NCBI GenBank assembly: GCA_032718475.1
Contig: JAUCBJ010001783.1
Span: 1-64,000, forward strand
DNA length: 64,000 nt
From: Nemertoderma westbladi
Lineage: Eukaryota > Animalia > Xenacoelomorpha
Reading direction: 5' to 3'
In this document: in pieces, positions 61,501-64,000 of the stretch
Layout: each line of letters begins with the position of its first letter
Position numbering within the stretch: the stretch's first letter is position 1
The notes under the pieces: generated by a model
What the model was told of the DNA's origin: nothing
Database searches by the model: none
What the model saw: the letters and a program-made list of their open reading frames with translations, nothing else
Made by a program: the position numbers and the translations under genes

Positions 61501-64000
61501 GCTCGAGTGGTGAGGTGGAGTGGTTCCCAGCCAGGCAATAGCACCATTGCTCGAGTGGTGAGGTGGAGTGGTTCCCAGCCAGGGCACCAGTGCTCGAGTG
61601 GTGAGGTGGAGTGGTTCCCAGCCAGGTAAAAGCACCATTGCTGGAGTGGTGAGGTGGAATGGTTCCCAGTCAGGTAATAGCACCATTGCTCGAGTGGTGA
61701 GGTGGAGTGGTTCCCAGCCAGGTAATAGCACCATTGCTCGAGTGGTTAGGTGGGGTGGAGTGGTTCCCAGACAGGTAATAGCACCATTGCTCGAATGGTG
61801 AGGTGGAGTGGTTCCCAGTCAGGTAATAGCACCATTGCTGGAGTGGTGAGGTGGAGTGGTTCCCAGCCAGGTAATAGCACCATTGCTCGAGTGGTTAGGT
61901 GGGGTGGAGTGGTTCCCTGACAGGTAATAGCACCATTGCTCGAGTGGTTAGGTGGGGTGGAGTGGTTCCCAGCCAGGTAATAGCACCATTGCTGGAGTGG
62001 TGACTGGTGAGGTGGAGTGGTTCCCAGCCAGGTAATAGCACCATTGCTCGAGTGGTTAGGTGGGGTGGAGTGGTTCCCAGACAGGTAATAGCACCATTGC
62101 TGGAGTGGTGAGGTGGAGTGGTTCCCAGCCAGGCAATAGCACCATTGCTCGAGTGGTGAGGTGGAGTGGTTCCCAGCCAGGTAATAGCACCATTGCTGGG
62201 GTGGTGAGGTGGAGTGGTTCCCAGCCAGGTAATAGCACCATTGCTCGAGTGGTGAGGTGGAGTGGTTCCCAGCCAGGTAATAGCACCATTGCTCGAGTGG
62301 TGAGGTGGAGTGGTTCCCAGCCAGGTAATAGCACCATTTCTCGAGTGGTGAGGTGGAGTCGTTCCCAGCCAGGTAATAGCACCATTGCTGGAGTGGTGAG
62401 GTGGAGTGGTTCCCAGCCAGGCAATAGCACCATTGCTCGAGTGGTGAGGTGGAGTGGTTCCCAGTCAGGTAATAGCACCATTGCTGGGGTGGTGAGGTGG
62501 AGTGGTTCCCAGCCAGGTAAAAGCACCATTGCTCGAGTGGTGAAGTGGAGTGGTTCCCAGCCAGGTAATAGCACCATTGCTGGGGTGGTGAGGTGGAGTG
62601 GTTCCCAGCCAGGCAATAGCACCATTGCTCGAGTGGTGAGGTGGAGTGGTTCCCAGACAGGTAATAGCACCATTGCTGGAGTGGTGAGGTGGAGTGGTTC
62701 CCAGCCAGGTAATAGCACCATTGCTGGAGTGGTGAGGTGGAATGGTTCCCAGCCAGGTATTAGCACCATTGCTGGAGTGGCGAGGTGGAATGGTTCCCAA
62801 CCAGTTAATAGCACCATTGCTGGAGTGGTGAGGTGGAGTGGTTCCCAGCCAGGCAATAGCACCATTGCTCGAGTGGTGAGGTGGAGTGGTTCCCAGCCAG
62901 GTTATAGCACCAGTGCTCGAGTGGTGAGGTGGAGTGGTTCCCAGCCAGGTAATAGCACCATTGCTGGAGTGGTGAGGTGGAGTGGTTCCCAGCCAGGTAA
63001 AAGCACCATTGCTGGAGTGGTGAGGTGGAGTGGTTCCCAGCCAGGTAATAGCACCATTGCTGGAGTGGTGAGGTGGAATGGTTCCCAGTCAGGTAATAGC
63101 ACCATTGCTCGAGTGGTGAGGTGGAGTGGTTCCCAGCCAGGCAATAGCAATAGCACCATTGCTCGTGTGGTGAGGTGGAGTGGTTCCCAGCCAGGTTATA
63201 GCACCAGTGCTCGAGTGGTGAGGTGGAGTGGTTCCCAGCCAGGTAAAAGCACCATTGCTGGAGTGGTGAGGTGGAATGGTTCCCAGTCAGGTAATAGCAC
63301 CATTGCTCGAGTGGTGAGGTGGAGTGGTTCCCAGTCAGGTTATAGCACCAGTGCTCGAGTGGTGAGGTGGAGTGGTTCCCAGACAGGTAATAGCACCATT
63401 GCTCGAGTGGTTAGGTGGGGTGGAGTGGTTCCCAGACAGGTAATAGCACCATTGCTCGAGTGGTGAGGTGGAGTGGTTCCCAGCCAGGTAATAGCACCAT
63501 TGCTGGAGTGGTGAGGTGGAGTGGTTCCCAGCCAGGTAATTGCACCATTGCTCGAGTGGTTAGGTGGGGTGGAGTGGTTCCCAGCCAGGTAATAGCACCA
63601 TTGCTGGAGTGGTGAGGTAGAGTGGTTCCCAGCCAGGCAATAGCACCATTGCTTGAGTGGTGAGGTGGAGTGGTTCCCAGCCAGGTAATAGCACCATTGC
63701 TGGGGTGGTGAGGTGGAGTGGTTCCCAGCCAGGTAATAGCACCATTGCTCGAGTGGTTAGGTGGGGTGGAGTGGTTCCCAGACAGGTAAAGGCACCATTG
63801 CTGGAGTGGTGAGGTGGAGTGGTTCCCAGCCAGGTAATAGCACCATTGCTGGAGTGGTGAGGTGGAATGGTTCCCAGCCAGGTATTAGCACCATTGCTGG
63901 AGTGGCGAGGTGGAATGGTTCTCAAGCTAGTTAATAGCACCATTGCTGGAGTGGTGAGGTGGAGTGGTTCCCAGCCAGGCAATAGCACCATTGCTCGAGT
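55520..64000 (+). repeat. 48-bp tandem satellite (53-bp variant units), presumably intronic to Vps34, running off window end
   Basis: Unit gtggtgaggtggagtggttcccagccaggtaatagcaccattgct(g/c)ga, interrupted once at 58478-59839. Confidence 0.98.
58478..59839. mobile_element. hAT-type non-autonomous element inserted in the satellite
   Basis: TIR TAGTGTTGAGAACTG / CAGTTCTCAACACTA, 8-bp TSD GTAATAGC (58470-58477, 59840-59847), and (cagtta/cagttt)n subterminal arrays. Confidence 0.93.

Noticed and set aside
55454-63991. Many long ORFs on both strands (up to 468 aa)
   Set aside because: These are artefacts of a 48-bp unit (divisible by 3) that lacks stops in several frames. Frames break at every 53-bp variant.
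55520-64000. CRISPR-like appearance of regular repeats
   Set aside because: There are no unique spacers and no cas genes, and the context is eukaryotic. It is a tandem satellite.

Overview
This is repeat-rich invertebrate (metazoan) nuclear DNA. Host genes: two near-identical intronless SLC18B1-like MFS transporter genes in a ~7.1-7.8 kb tandem duplication (4168-5466, 11304-12602); an intronless 450-aa orphan ORF with a mitochondrial-presequence-like N-terminus (39115-40467, -); a LENG9-like RWD-CCCH-MJ1316-2H phosphoesterase gene (44376-46034, -); and the last two coding exons of Vps34/PIK3C3 (-). The presumed upstream Vps34 intron holds a 48-bp satellite with a ~2.6 kb higher-order repeat and a hAT-type MITE. 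Mobile DNA dominates: a decayed Gypsy element; a young 12.6-kb BEL/Pao element with 1240-bp LTRs that encodes Gag-PR but lacks RT and integrase; RTE, CRE, L2/CR1 and other LINE pieces; and several MITEs. The two most unusual signals are (i) a bipartite GGAGCAGG-N20-AACCAAAACAATAAA motif with a fixed-length, variable-sequence spacer, present inside three MITEs with unrelated termini and at two other sites, and (ii) the recently inserted non-autonomous BEL/Pao element. All calls were made by eye from the sequence and ORF track. No database searches were run, and difference counts are approximate.
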